A DNA stretch of 64,000 bases from an uncultured Haloferula sp. (GTDB lineage Bacteria; Verrucomicrobiota; Verrucomicrobiia; Verrucomicrobiales; Akkermansiaceae). The notes beneath the pieces were generated by a model. That model was not told the DNA's origin. It was given only the letters and a program-made list of their open reading frames with translations, and searched no databases. The position numbers and the translations under genes are program-made. Below are positions 1-10,008 of this stretch, in pieces. Each line of letters begins with the position of its first letter. Positions within the stretch are counted from its first letter, which is position 1. Location of the stretch: the NCBI GenBank assembly GCA_965652295.1, contig CBFGTS010000004.1:233046-297045 (forward strand), written 5' to 3'.

Positions 1-228
1 CCATTTCAGCGAGGGCGGAAAGCCGGCCTGACCGGGATTCACGTAGTAGGTGTGCCAGTGCTCCTCGTGGTCGAGAACCAGGGCGACATCGAGCGTCTGA
101 CCCGGCTCGATCGAGGGACGCGAGGGAATCAGGCGCGCCTTGACGTGCGGCTCGTCATTTCCTCCGAAGGGAAACTGGGCGGAGGCGAGGGAAACGAGGG
201 CGAGGAAGAACAGGAACAGGCGTGCCAT
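1..228 (-). CDS. Protein-disulfide reductase DsbD-like protein, N-terminal part (runs off window start)
   Basis: Manual translation from ATG 228: MARLFLFFLALVSLASAQFPFGGNDEPHVKARLI...LDHEEHWHTYYVNPGQAGFPPSLKW. Signal peptide plus WHTY..NPG..G.P motif of the DsbD N-terminal domain. Not in the ORF track. Confidence 0.7.
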   Translation of the reverse strand, partial: MARLFLFFLALVSLASAQFPFGGNDEPHVKARLIPSRPSIEPGQTLDVALVLDHEEHWHTYYVNPGQAGFPPSLKW

Positions 229-306
229 GGGATCGGTGCTTTCCGGATAGAGACCCAACGCATGGCCACGATTCCCGAAAAGTCCAGCCTGCGCCCCGAC
301 GATGCC

Positions 307-1338
307 TCACACACGGTCCAGTGCCCGGGCGATTTCCCCAACCATCTTCGGACCGCGGAAGATGAACGATGAGTAGAGCTGCACCAGCGTCGCACCCGCT
401 TCGATCTTGGAAAGCGCGGACTCCGGCGAATCGACGCCGCCGACGCCGATGATGGGCAACGCGCCGCCCAGTTCGGCTGCGAAGGCCCGGATGACGTCGT
501 TGCTTTTCTCCAGCAAAACGCGTCCGGAGAGCCCGCCGGCTTCATCGGCCCGCGGGTGACCGGCCACCGCCTCGCGGCTGATGGTGGTGTTGGTGGCGAT
601 CAATCCATCCAGCCCTCCCTCTCGGAAAACCCTCGCCAGCCCGGCGATGTGCGGCGGGTCGAGATCGGGCGCGACCTTGAACAGCAGCGGGACCTTTTTT
701 CCGTGCTTGATCTCCAGTCGGGCTTGCTCGTGTTTCAACGTTTCCAGCAACCGCGCACAAGCGTCCTCGCCCTGGAGGTCGCGCAGACCGGGGGTGTTGG
801 GCGAGGAAAGGTTGACTGCGATGTAATCGGCCACCGGATAGGCCTCGCGCAGGCAGATGAGATAGTCGTCGGCCGCGTTCTCGTTCGGCGTGTCCTTGTT
901 CTTGCCGATGTTGAAGCCGATCACGCCGCCGAAGGTCCTCGAGCGTCGCACGTTCGCCACGCCGGCGGCGATGCCGACGTTGTTGAAACCCATGCGGTTG
1001 ATGATGGCCTCGTGCTCGACGAGGCGGAACAGGCGTGGTTTCGGGTTTCCCGGTTGTGGGCGAGGGGTGATCGTCCCGATTTCCACGAAGCCGAATCCGA
1101 GCCGTCCGAGCGCGTCGATCGTGTTGCCCTCCTTGTCCAAGCCTGCGGCGAGGCCGATCCGGTTGGGGAAACGGAGGCCCATCACCTCGATCGGTGCGAC
1201 GCAATGCGGTGGGGGGAAGAGCAGCGGAAGCAGCCCGGATTTTTCCGCCAGCCGCAGTCCGCGCATGCTGAGGTCGTGGGCGGTTTCGGCATCGAAGCGG
1301 AACAGCACGGAGCGGGCGAGGGCGTAGGCGTTGGACAC
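307..1338 (-). CDS. pyrD: Quinone-dependent dihydroorotate dehydrogenase
   Basis: GLAAGLDK, GTITPRPQPGNPKPRLFR, INRMGFNN, NLSSPNTPGLR, GGLSG motifs. Confidence 0.97.
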   Translation of the reverse strand: MSNAYALARSVLFRFDAETAHDLSMRGLRLAEKSGLLPLLFPPPHCVAPIEVMGLRFPNRIGLAAGLDKEGNTIDALGRLGFGFVEIGTITPRPQPGNPKPRLFRLVEHEAIINRMGFNNVGIAAGVANVRRSRTFGGVIGFNIGKNKDTPNENAADDYLICLREAYPVADYIAVNLSSPNTPGLRDLQGEDACARLLETLKHEQARLEIKHGKKVPLLFKVAPDLDPPHIAGLARVFREGGLDGLIATNTTISREAVAGHPRADEAGGLSGRVLLEKSNDVIRAFAAELGGALPIIGVGGVDSPESALSKIEAGATLVQLYSSFIFRGPKMVGEIARALDRV

Positions 1339-1494
1339 GGGCGCGAGCGTGACGGACGAGGACCGGATGCCAAATGAGAAATGGTGGATGACCCGCTTGA
1401 TGGTCCCCTGGACTGGTCAGTTCTTGCGCTTTCGTTTGCGCCGTCCGCTCATGTCTTGGTCGGCGCGCGGGGTGGGGGTAGAGCGGAGGGAACC

Positions 1495-2469
1495 ATGAAG
1501 ACCGTGTTTGTCTCAGAAACCTCCTTCGCCAAGGCGCGGGCCGCCTTCGAGGACATCAATACGAGCCAGGTGGGGTTCCTCTTCGAGCCGGCACCGGATG
1601 AGGAAAAGCCGTTGGCCGGGTTGGTGAGAAAGCATGGCGTGCAGGGATTCATCGCCGATCTCTCTCCCTACAAGGGCCCGCTTTACGATGCGCTCGGGCG
1701 CGGCGGCGTCATCTCACGATACGGCGTCGGGCACGATTCGATCGATAAGGCCCGTGCCAAAAAGGCAGGCGTGACGGTGTGCAACACGCCGGGCGTGCTC
1801 GACAATGCGGTGGCCGAGCACGCGGTCTGGATGCTCGGCGCACTGGCCCGGCCGGTGGCGACCGCCTACGGCGAGATGCACCACGGCGAGTGGTGCCCGG
1901 CGCAGGGGATCGAGGTGAGAGGACGCCACGTCACGATCCTCGGCTGTGGCCGGATCGGGCGCGCGCTGGCACGCAAGCTCGGCATCGGGCTGGACATGAT
2001 CGTGACCGGCTACGACATCCTCGAAAGCCCCCATTTCGGGGAAGACAGCGGCATTTCCCGCTACACCAACTCACTCGACAAGGCGATCGCCGCGGCCGAG
2101 TTCGTGATCTGCCTGCTGCCGGTGCTCGACGCCACCCGCCACATCGCGAACGGTGAATTCTTTGCGAAAATGAAACCCGGCGCGCGCTTCATCAACTCGG
2201 CCCGCGGGGCCTTGGTCGATGAACCCGACCTTTACGACGCCTTGGTTTCGGGCCATCTCTCGGGTGCGGCGCTGGATGTCTTCGAGCGCGAGCCGTATCA
2301 GCCGATCGATTCCGCCAAGGACCTGCGTTCGCTGCCTCAGATGATCCTGACACCCCACATCGGCTCGAACACGGAGGAGTCCAACGCCGCGATGGCCCGC
2401 ACCGCGGCCGAAAACGTCATCACCTGCCTGACCAAGGGCCCGAAGGCCTGTCCCAACCGAGTTTCCTGA
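1495..2469 (+). CDS. D-isomer-specific 2-hydroxyacid / phosphoglycerate dehydrogenase family
   Basis: RYGVGHDSID, GCGRIG, INSARG, AALDVFEREP, TPHIG motifs; ATG 1495 follows GGAGGG. Confidence 0.88.
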   Translation: MKTVFVSETSFAKARAAFEDINTSQVGFLFEPAPDEEKPLAGLVRKHGVQGFIADLSPYKGPLYDALGRGGVISRYGVGHDSIDKARAKKAGVTVCNTPGVLDNAVAEHAVWMLGALARPVATAYGEMHHGEWCPAQGIEVRGRHVTILGCGRIGRALARKLGIGLDMIVTGYDILESPHFGEDSGISRYTNSLDKAIAAAEFVICLLPVLDATRHIANGEFFAKMKPGARFINSARGALVDEPDLYDALVSGHLSGAALDVFEREPYQPIDSAKDLRSLPQMILTPHIGSNTEESNAAMARTAAENVITCLTKGPKACPNRVS

Positions 2470-2483
2470 TTTCCGCACCCATC

Positions 2484-2996
2484 ATGCCGGTCAAACCCCA
2501 CTTCACCCTCGTCGTCATGGGAGTTTCCGGCAGCGGGAAATCCACGGTCGGCCGGCTGGTCGCCGATCGCACCGGTTCGGAGTTCGCCGATGCCGATGAC
2601 TTTCATCCGCCTGCCAATCGCGAGAAGATGGCGGCCGGGATCCCGCTTGAGGACGCCGATCGCCAGCCGTGGCTGGAGGCATTGCGCGACCGCATCCGTG
2701 CGACCAACGATGCGGGCCGTACTTTGGTGCTGGCCTGCTCGGCGCTGAAGCGGAAATACCGCGAGACCCTGCGCGAAGCCGGGCCGCAGGTGGCGTTCGT
2801 GTTTCTCGACGGGACGCGCGGGCAGCTTCTCGAACGCTTGCAGCACCGGCCGGGGCACTTCTTTCCCCCGGCGTTGCTCGACAGCCAGCTCGCCACGCTC
2901 GAAAGGCCGGAGACGGCACTTGTGTTGGACATTTCGGCTCCGCCGGAGGAGCTCGCGACGCAGATCCTGGTGCCGTTTTTCAACCGTCTACCTTGA
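2484..2996 (+). CDS. gntK: Gluconokinase (GntK/IdnK type)
   Basis: MGVSGSGKST, DADDFHP..N..KM..GIPL.D.DR.PWL, ACSALKRKYR, LLDSQLATLE. Confidence 0.93.
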   Translation: MPVKPHFTLVVMGVSGSGKSTVGRLVADRTGSEFADADDFHPPANREKMAAGIPLEDADRQPWLEALRDRIRATNDAGRTLVLACSALKRKYRETLREAGPQVAFVFLDGTRGQLLERLQHRPGHFFPPALLDSQLATLERPETALVLDISAPPEELATQILVPFFNRLP

Positions 2997-3035
2997 TGAC
3001 CGAAATGACCACGCTCGGCAGCCCGTAGCGAGGCC

Positions 3036-4229
3036 ATGAAGTGGATCATCGCAGGGCTCGCCTGCACGCTGGCTGCGGCCGGCGACTGGGAAGGGAAGGT
3101 CTTCTGTGGTTACCAAGGGTGGTTCCGTTGCGAGGGTGATGGCGGCGGCGTGGGTTGGCGTCACTACGGCGGCGGCGAAGCACCCTCGGTGGAAAACACC
3201 GGCATCGAGATCTGGCCGGATGTCAGCGAACTGGAGCAGCGGTATGAAACCGAGCTCAAGCACGACGATGGCTCGGTGGCGGAGGTCTTCAGCTCCATGG
3301 ACGCGGGCACCGTGCGACGGCACTTCCAGTGGATGCGCGAGTATGGGATCGATGGCGCGTTCCTCCAGAGATTCGGCACCGAAACGCGCGATAAACGGAT
3401 GCGGGCAACGCTCGACGGGGTGCTGGAGAACGTCCACCGCGCCTCGGCCGCGGAAGGCAGGGAGTGGTCGCTGATGTATGACGCCAGCGGCCTGGAGCCG
3501 GGTCAACTCGACGCGCTGCGAGCCGACCTCGATCATCTTCTTGGAACCGGGCGGCTCGATGTTTCCGCAGCGAACTACGTCAGATATCGTGGAAGGCCGC
3601 TGCTCACCACCTGGGGCATCGGTTTCAATGATCGCGGCACGGATTTCGACGAATGGAAGGTCTGGGTGCGGCACCTCCGCGAACGGGGGTTCGCGGTGAT
3701 GCTCGGGGTTCCCTACTACTGGCGGACGCTGGATCGGGATTGCGTGAATGACCCGCGGCTGCACGAAGTGATCGCGATGGCGGATGTGGTCAGCCCGTGG
3801 GCCGTCGGGCGCTTCGGCACGCCGGCGGATGCCGCCCGTTTGGGTGAGGAGGTGGTCGCGAAGGACCTCGCGTGGTGTCGGGAAAAGCGGCTGGGTTATC
3901 TGCCGGTGGTGTTTCCCGGATTCAGCTGGCACAACCTCATGAAAGGGCGGGGCACGCAGGCGGAGTTCGATCAGATCCCGCGGCGCGGCGGCAGATTCCT
4001 GTGGTCGCAGGCGGTGGCGGCGAAGCGGGCGGGTGTCACGGCTGTCTACGTGGCGATGTTCGACGAGATGGATGAGGGCACGGCGGTGTTCAAGTTCGAT
4101 CCGGATCCCCCGATCGGCGTGCCGTTTCTCCACGAGGTGGACGTGCCGGGAGACCGCTATCTCAAGGTCTGTGGGGCGATCGGAGCATGGCTGCGCGGTG
4201 AGCGGGATGAGAAATGGCCGGGTTTCTGA
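3036..4229 (+). CDS. Secreted glycoside hydrolase, GH71/GH99-like
   Basis: Signal peptide; GYQGWF, HFQWMREYGIDG..LQRF, PVVFPGFSW, AMFDEMDEGTA. Confidence 0.75.
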   Translation: MKWIIAGLACTLAAAGDWEGKVFCGYQGWFRCEGDGGGVGWRHYGGGEAPSVENTGIEIWPDVSELEQRYETELKHDDGSVAEVFSSMDAGTVRRHFQWMREYGIDGAFLQRFGTETRDKRMRATLDGVLENVHRASAAEGREWSLMYDASGLEPGQLDALRADLDHLLGTGRLDVSAANYVRYRGRPLLTTWGIGFNDRGTDFDEWKVWVRHLRERGFAVMLGVPYYWRTLDRDCVNDPRLHEVIAMADVVSPWAVGRFGTPADAARLGEEVVAKDLAWCREKRLGYLPVVFPGFSWHNLMKGRGTQAEFDQIPRRGGRFLWSQAVAAKRAGVTAVYVAMFDEMDEGTAVFKFDPDPPIGVPFLHEVDVPGDRYLKVCGAIGAWLRGERDEKWPGF

Positions 4230-4309
4230 GGCGAGGCGGGTGGAATCCGCCGCCGCCGGGAAAATCATTGGGCAAGCCCGCGGGCGTGTGATTGCTTGGG
4301 CTCCTCGCG

Positions 4310-5224
4310 ATGCGCTGCTTTTACTCCCAGAATCTCGAACTCCAACTACCCTCGGGACACCCGTTTCCGATGGAGAAGTTCCGTGTTTCCAAGGACATGC
4401 TCCTGCAGGGCGGAATCCTGAAGGCGGAGGAAATCGTCGAAGTCGGCGGTGCGGAGTCGCATGTGTTGAAGCGCGTCCATGACGAGGCGTATCTGGGACG
4501 GATTTATCGGGGTCAGCTCGACATGAAGGAGCAGATCCGCCTCGGGCTGCCGGCCACGCCCTTGCTGTACCAGCGCAGCGTCACCGAGGTTGAGGCCACC
4601 CGCAGGGCCTGCCACGCGGCGCTGGAGGAAGGCGTGGCGGTGTGTCTCGCCGGCGGCTCACACCATGCCTTCCGCGACCATGGGGAGGGCTACAGTGTGT
4701 TCAATGACGTGGCGGTGGCGGTGCAGGATCTTCAGGCGCAGCGCCCCGGAATCCGGGTGATGATCGTGGATACCGACGCCCAGCAGGGCAACGGCACGGC
4801 GGCGATCCTGGCGGAGGATCCGCGGGTTTTCACCTACTCGATCCACGTCGGGATGAACTCGGTGGTGAGCAAGGTGCATGGCTCGATGGATGTCGAAACG
4901 GTGCGCTACGTCGAGGGGGCCATGTATTTGAAGCAGCTCTTCAGCACGCTGGCCGCGGCGCTGGATACGTTTTCGCCGGACCTGGTCATCTGGGTCGCCG
5001 GGGCGGACAACCACAGCAACGACCGTATCGGGCAGATGTGGCTTTCGTTGGAAGACATGCAGCGGCGTGACGAGGTGCTGCTCGGTGCCTTCCTGCGCAA
5101 CCGCATCCCGGTGGCGGTGCTCTACGGCGGCGGCTACAACCGGGAGACGGAATTCACCTCGCGGATCCACTGCGGCACGGTGGCGGTGGCGAAGCGGCTA
5201 TCGGAAGCATTCAAGGGATCGTGA
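4310..5224 (+). CDS. Histone deacetylase family protein (atypical metal site)
   Basis: HPFPMEKF, GGSHHA, FNDVAVA, DTDAQQGNGT, AGAD...D, GGGY. Confidence 0.85.
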   Translation: MRCFYSQNLELQLPSGHPFPMEKFRVSKDMLLQGGILKAEEIVEVGGAESHVLKRVHDEAYLGRIYRGQLDMKEQIRLGLPATPLLYQRSVTEVEATRRACHAALEEGVAVCLAGGSHHAFRDHGEGYSVFNDVAVAVQDLQAQRPGIRVMIVDTDAQQGNGTAAILAEDPRVFTYSIHVGMNSVVSKVHGSMDVETVRYVEGAMYLKQLFSTLAAALDTFSPDLVIWVAGADNHSNDRIGQMWLSLEDMQRRDEVLLGAFLRNRIPVAVLYGGGYNRETEFTSRIHCGTVAVAKRLSEAFKGS

Positions 5225-6153
5225 GTTCGGAAACGAAAATCGGCGGACGGATCGCCCTGGTCGGTGCCGGGGCGGTGGGGCTCTACTACGGCGCGCGGCT
5301 GGCGCTGAATGGCGAGGACGTTTCCTTCCTGCTGAGGTCGGGCTACGACGCGGTGAAAGAGCGGGGGATCATCCTCGAAAGCGTCGATGGCGACGCGGTG
5401 CTGCGCGACGTTCAGGCTTTCCGCAAGCCGGAGGAAATCGGGGTGGTCGATTGGGTGATCGTGGCGTGGAAGGCGACGTCGAACGAACTTTTCGAGGAAG
5501 TGCTGGGGCCTCTGGTCGGACCGGGGACCACGATTCTCACGCTCCAGAACGGCCTCGGCAACTGCGAGCGGCTGGCGGAGCTGTTCGGGCCGGAGAAGAT
5601 CTGCGGCGGGCTTTGCTTCGTCTGCCTCAACCGGATCAGCGAAGGCCACGTGAAGCATACGGCGGGCGGCAAGGTGACGGTCGGGGAATGGCTGCCCCAG
5701 CCGGGAAACCCGCGGGCCGAACGACTTGCGGCCGGTCTCCGTGCTGCGGGAGTCGTTTCCTCGGCGGTGGAGAACCTGCCCGCCGCGCAGTGGCGGAAGC
5801 TGGTCTGGAACGTGCCTTTCAATGGGCTCGCGATCGCCGAAGGCGGCGTGACCACCGATGTCCTGTTGGCCGATCCAGAGATCGAGGCGGAGATCGTCGG
5901 GTTGATGCGCGAGGTCATCGCCGCCGCCAAGGCGCTGGGTTATGAGATCGACGAAGGCGTGGTGGATTTCGAGATCGGTCGCACCCGCCCGATGGGCCCT
6001 TACCGGCCTTCGAGCATGATTGATTTCGTCGACGGCAAACCGGTCGAATACGAAGCCATCTGGGGCGAGCCGCTGCGTCGCGCGAAAGCCGAGGGAGTGC
6101 CGGTGCCCATGATGGAGAAGCTCGCGGGAAGAATTCGGGAGAAGCTGGCTTGA
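5221..6153 (+). CDS. panE: 2-dehydropantoate 2-reductase
   Basis: GAGAVG, LQNGLG, W.KLVWNVPFN, SSM.D; GTGA overlap with upstream gene. Confidence 0.88.
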   Translation: MSSETKIGGRIALVGAGAVGLYYGARLALNGEDVSFLLRSGYDAVKERGIILESVDGDAVLRDVQAFRKPEEIGVVDWVIVAWKATSNELFEEVLGPLVGPGTTILTLQNGLGNCERLAELFGPEKICGGLCFVCLNRISEGHVKHTAGGKVTVGEWLPQPGNPRAERLAAGLRAAGVVSSAVENLPAAQWRKLVWNVPFNGLAIAEGGVTTDVLLADPEIEAEIVGLMREVIAAAKALGYEIDEGVVDFEIGRTRPMGPYRPSSMIDFVDGKPVEYEAIWGEPLRRAKAEGVPVPMMEKLAGRIREKLA

Positions 6154-6184
6154 GTCGCGACTCCGGGTCTCCGAGACTCCGGGC

Positions 6185-7009
6185 ATGGATCGTCAACCGC
6201 GTGGGCGCGCATGGCAGGGGAAAAAGCGGGCGGCGAAGAAAGCTCCATCGCAGGGCTGGGACCCGGTGGCGGCATGGTATGATCAGCTCGTCGGTAAGGG
6301 TGGCTCGGATTATCACCAGCATGTGGTCCTTCCCGCGACCTTGCGGATGCTGGGCGAGGTGAAGGGAAAGCGGGTGCTCGACCTGTGCTGCGGACAGGGT
6401 GTTTTGGTGGCGGATCTTTTGAAGGGCGGAGCGAAGGAGGTCGTGGGGGTGGATGCGAGCCCGCGGCTCATCGATTCCGCCAAGCGGCGTTTCGAGAGGG
6501 AGAGATCGGTGTCTTTCGTGGTGGCCGATGCCTGCGCGGAAAAGAGCCCGTGGGCCGATGGTTCCTTCGATCTAGGAGCCTGCCTGATGGCCGTGCACGA
6601 CGTTCCGGATCTGCCCGCTATGGCCCGCAACGCGGCGGCAGCGCTGAAGCCGGGCGGGGAAATGGTGGCAATTTTCATGCACCCCTGTTTCCGCATCCCG
6701 CGGCAGACGCACTGGGGCTGGGACGAGGGACGGCGGTTGCAGTATCGTCGGATCGATCGCTATGGCGTGGACCTGGAGATTCCGATCAAGACCCACCCCG
6801 GGAAGGGCGGAGACTCGGAGACCATGTTCTACCATCGGCCGCTGGCGGACGTGCTGAATGCCTTCGGGCGGGCCGGCTTGGCGGTGGTGGAAACCGAGGA
6901 ACTCTACAGCCATCGCCGATCCCAAGCGGGCGGGATCCGCAGCAAGGGCGAGCACCGCGCTGCGAAGGAGTTTCCGATGTTTCTCGGCCTGCGGATGGTG
7001 AGGTTGTGA
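6185..7009 (+). CDS. Class I SAM-dependent methyltransferase
   Basis: VLDLCCGQG, GVDAS, HPCF, YHRPL motifs. Confidence 0.85.
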   Translation: MDRQPRGRAWQGKKRAAKKAPSQGWDPVAAWYDQLVGKGGSDYHQHVVLPATLRMLGEVKGKRVLDLCCGQGVLVADLLKGGAKEVVGVDASPRLIDSAKRRFERERSVSFVVADACAEKSPWADGSFDLGACLMAVHDVPDLPAMARNAAAALKPGGEMVAIFMHPCFRIPRQTHWGWDEGRRLQYRRIDRYGVDLEIPIKTHPGKGGDSETMFYHRPLADVLNAFGRAGLAVVETEELYSHRRSQAGGIRSKGEHRAAKEFPMFLGLRMVRL

Positions 7010-7033
7010 GGAGAGCGGGCAATCCTGCCCGCG
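7010..7033 (+). repeat. REP-like hairpin upstream of RAYT
   Basis: GGAG-A-GCGGGCA ATCC TGCCCGC; 7-bp stem; 19-mer 7015-7033 identical to 7683-7701. Confidence 0.85.
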
Positions 7034-7083
7034 CGGCAACCTCAGGACTTGCTTCGGTCATCGCAGTTCGGCAGCTCTGGAGC

Positions 7084-7674
7084 ATGCGATTCTTCGATCG
7101 CGATGCCGGGATCAAGAAGCACGGGACCCGTTTGCCGCACTGGCAACAGGGGACCGTGGTGCAATTCGTCACCTTCCGCTTGAGCGATGCGATGCCCGTT
7201 TCGAAAGTGAGACCATGGAAGATCGAGCGTCAGAATTGGCTGCAACGGCACCCGAAACCATGGACTGTCGAAGTCGAAGCGGAGTATCACCGTCGGTTCA
7301 CCGACCAGCTTGAAAAGTGGCTGGATGCAGGTCATGGCGCGTGCCATCTGAGGAAACCCGAGGTCCGCGAAACGTTGGAAAAAGTGCTTCGATACGATGA
7401 GGGTGAACTCGCCGAGCACCATGCTTGGGTGATCATGCCGAACCATGTGCATCTCCTTTTCACGCCCCGTGCACCCCTGGAGGAGCTGATGAGAAAATGG
7501 AAGGGGATTTCGGCGCGGAGAATCGGGCTGGGACCGATCTGGCAGCGAGGGTATCGCGATACATTGATCCGCGATTGGCGGCACTACGGCAACGCGCTTC
7601 GGTATATCAGGAAGAATCCGGCGAGACTGCGGGAGGGCGATTACTCCCTTTGGGAGAGGCGAGAAGCTCCTTGA
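7084..7674 (+). mobile_element. REP-associated tyrosine transposase (RAYT, HUH Y1 family)
   Basis: RLPHW, FVTFRL.D, WVIMPNHVHLL (HUH), IWQRGY.D..IR, YIRKNP (catalytic Tyr); flanked by identical hairpins. Confidence 0.9.
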
Positions 7675-7682
7675 GGTGACCG

Positions 7683-7701
7683 GCGGGCAATCCTGCCCGC
7701 G
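7683..7701 (+). repeat. REP-like hairpin downstream of RAYT
   Basis: GCGGGCAATCCTGCCCGCG, identical to 7015-7033. Confidence 0.85.
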
Positions 7702-7704
7702 TCG

Positions 7705-7836
7705 TTATTTTCCGCAGCCGCACCCGCCTCCGCACGACCCGGATTTGCGCTTCTTTTTCCTGAGAACACGGAGAAGTACGATAAACAGCGTAGCCAAAAC
7801 GATGGCGGCGGCGGCGATGGATTGCCAGTCGTTCAT
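7705..7836 (-). CDS. FeoB-associated Cys-rich small membrane protein
   Basis: 43 aa: one TM helix, basic stretch, GSCGGGCGCGK; directly after feoB. Confidence 0.8.
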   Translation of the reverse strand: MNDWQSIAAAAIVLATLFIVLLRVLRKKKRKSGSCGGGCGCGK

Positions 7837-7840
7837 GGGA

Positions 7841-9712
7841 TCAAAAACCAAGCAGCAGGCCCACCTGATAGACCACCAGGGAGGCCAGGCAGGCAAAGGC
7901 GGACATGAAGAAAAACTGGCAGGCGGCCCATTTCCACGATCCCGCCTCGCGGGCGACGACGGCGGAGGTCGGCAGGCACTGGAGCGCGTACACGTAGAAA
8001 ACCAGCAGCGACACCACGCTCAGCGGCGTGAACATCGGACGGCCGTCGGGCCACTTCGCTTCGGCCATTTGCTCGCGGAGGCGGATCTGGGTGTCGGCAT
8101 CGTCCGCGCCTTCCTCGACTTCGAAAAGCTGCGCCATGGAGCCGACGAACACCTCGCGCGCGGCGAAGGAGGTGAGGATGGCGGTGCCCGTCCGGCCGTC
8201 GAAACCCATCGGCTTGACCACCGGTTCGAGGACGTGGCTGAGGCGGCCGACGACGGAATGCGAGAGCCGCTCGGCGGGGTCGTCGCTCTCGCTCTTCGGG
8301 TAGGTCTGCGCGGCCCAGAGGAGGATCATCAGGGCGAGGATGACGGTACCGGCTTTGCGGACGAAGGACCAACCGCGGTCGAGCAGGTGGCGGAAAATGT
8401 AGCCCCACTGTGGGGAACGGTAGGGTGGCAGCTCGAGGATGAAGTGGGTGGCCTGCTCGTCGGGACCGAGCTTCTTTCGCAGCAGCTTCGCTGCAGCGAA
8501 GGCGGTGAGCGTGCCGATGGCGTAGAGGCCGACGAGGACGAGTGCCTGTTTCCACCCGCCTTCGCTGCCACCGAGGAGCAGCGGGATGAGCAGCAGGTAG
8601 ACCGGCAGGCGTGCAGTGCAGCTCATCCAGGGGGCGACGAAGAGGGTGGTGAGCCGCTCTTTCGCTGAATCGATCGTGCGCGTGGCCATCACGCCGGGAA
8701 TCGCGCAGGCATAGGAGCTGAGGAGGGGCAGGAAGGCTTTCCCGCTAAGTCCCACGCGGGCCATGAAACCGTCCATCAGGTACGCTGCGCGGGCCATGTA
8801 GCCGGAGCTTTCGAGCAGCCCGATGAAGAAGAACAGCATCAGGATCTGCGGCAGGAAGATGATCACCGAACCGACCCCACCGATGATCCCGCTGACGATC
8901 AGGTCGCGCAGGTCGCCTTCTGCCATGGCACCGAGGACGACTCCTTCGAGCCATCCTTGAGCCGACTCGATCCAGCCCATCGGGATGCCGGCGATGGAAA
9001 AAATCGACCAAAATACCGCGAACATGACGGCGAGGAAAGCGACCCAGCCGAATACCGGATGAAGCAGCACCGAGTCGATGCGGTCGGAGGTGGTCACGCT
9101 GTGCGAATCGGCGCGGCGGGCGGCGGTTTCGCACAGGCGGGTGATGAAATCACGGCGGCCGCTTTCGCCCTCGGGGCCGGTCGGCCAAGCGACCTTCGGG
9201 GACGTTGCGGGGAGCGGAAAGCGCAGCGCCTGCTTCAGTTCGATGAGGCCTTTTTTTGAGCGCGCCTGCATGGGGACCACCGGCACGCCGAGCTCCTCGG
9301 AAATCTTGAGCGGGTCCAGCCGGATGCCGGTGCCTTCCGCGACATCGACCATGTTCAGCGCCAGTACCACCGGCAGGCCGGCTTCGATGACGTCGAGGGC
9401 GAGGATCAAATGCCGCTCGAGCGCGGAGGCATCGACCACGCAGACCACCAGGTCCGCCTTGCCGAGGTCCGGAATGTCGCCATCCAGCGCTTTGCGGGCC
9501 ACCTCTTGATCGGGCGAACTACCACGAAGATCGTAGCAACCGGGGAGGTCGACCACGCGGACCTTGCGGCCATGGGGCGTGCGGGTGTGACCGATCTTGA
9601 GGTCCACGGTGACGCCCGCGAAATTCCCGACCTTGGCGTTCTGACCGGTCAGGGCATTGAAGAGGGTCGTCTTGCCGACGTTCGGGTTACCAGCCAGCAA
9701 CACCGTTTCCAT
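7841..9712 (-). CDS. feoB: Ferrous iron transporter B
   Basis: GNPNVGKT, NFAGVTV, DLPG, NMVD GTPase motifs; LESSGYMARAA, CAIPG, FILELPPY, AREV. Confidence 0.96.
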   Translation of the reverse strand: METVLLAGNPNVGKTTLFNALTGQNAKVGNFAGVTVDLKIGHTRTPHGRKVRVVDLPGCYDLRGSSPDQEVARKALDGDIPDLGKADLVVCVVDASALERHLILALDVIEAGLPVVLALNMVDVAEGTGIRLDPLKISEELGVPVVPMQARSKKGLIELKQALRFPLPATSPKVAWPTGPEGESGRRDFITRLCETAARRADSHSVTTSDRIDSVLLHPVFGWVAFLAVMFAVFWSIFSIAGIPMGWIESAQGWLEGVVLGAMAEGDLRDLIVSGIIGGVGSVIIFLPQILMLFFFIGLLESSGYMARAAYLMDGFMARVGLSGKAFLPLLSSYACAIPGVMATRTIDSAKERLTTLFVAPWMSCTARLPVYLLLIPLLLGGSEGGWKQALVLVGLYAIGTLTAFAAAKLLRKKLGPDEQATHFILELPPYRSPQWGYIFRHLLDRGWSFVRKAGTVILALMILLWAAQTYPKSESDDPAERLSHSVVGRLSHVLEPVVKPMGFDGRTGTAILTSFAAREVFVGSMAQLFEVEEGADDADTQIRLREQMAEAKWPDGRPMFTPLSVVSLLVFYVYALQCLPTSAVVAREAGSWKWAACQFFFMSAFACLASLVVYQVGLLLGF

Positions 9713-9736
9713 CCGATCGTCTTCCCTCACAACAAA

Positions 9737-9988
9737 TCAGACGGGACAAACCTTCACCTGCTCCGCAAGCTCGCGGCTGAGCGCCATCCGGGTGCCGCAG
9801 ACCGAGCAGATCAGGTTGCGGCCATGAGCCAGCTTGCGGACCTGCATGGTTTCGCAAAAGCCGAGCCTGCGGAGCTGATCGCACGCCGGCCCTGACAGAA
9901 AGCGGATCCTGAAGTCACAGCCGACCCGGGCCTGAGACAGGCTCAGAAGGGTGTCGGTTTCGAGATCTTGCGCTTCCGCGTGCGGCAT
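9737..9988 (-). CDS. feoA: Ferrous iron transport protein A
   Basis: Small SH3-like protein (LRRLGF...GTRMALS.E.A..V.V) upstream of feoB. Confidence 0.85.
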   Translation of the reverse strand: MPHAEAQDLETDTLLSLSQARVGCDFRIRFLSGPACDQLRRLGFCETMQVRKLAHGRNLICSVCGTRMALSRELAEQVKVCPV

Positions 9989-10008
9989 GACGTCTGGACG
10001 GTCCGGTA

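Noticed and set aside
6385..7674. 429-aa ORF as a long transposase fusion
   Set aside because: The N-terminal part is an off-frame overlap with the methyltransferase; RAYT similarity starts at ATG 7084.
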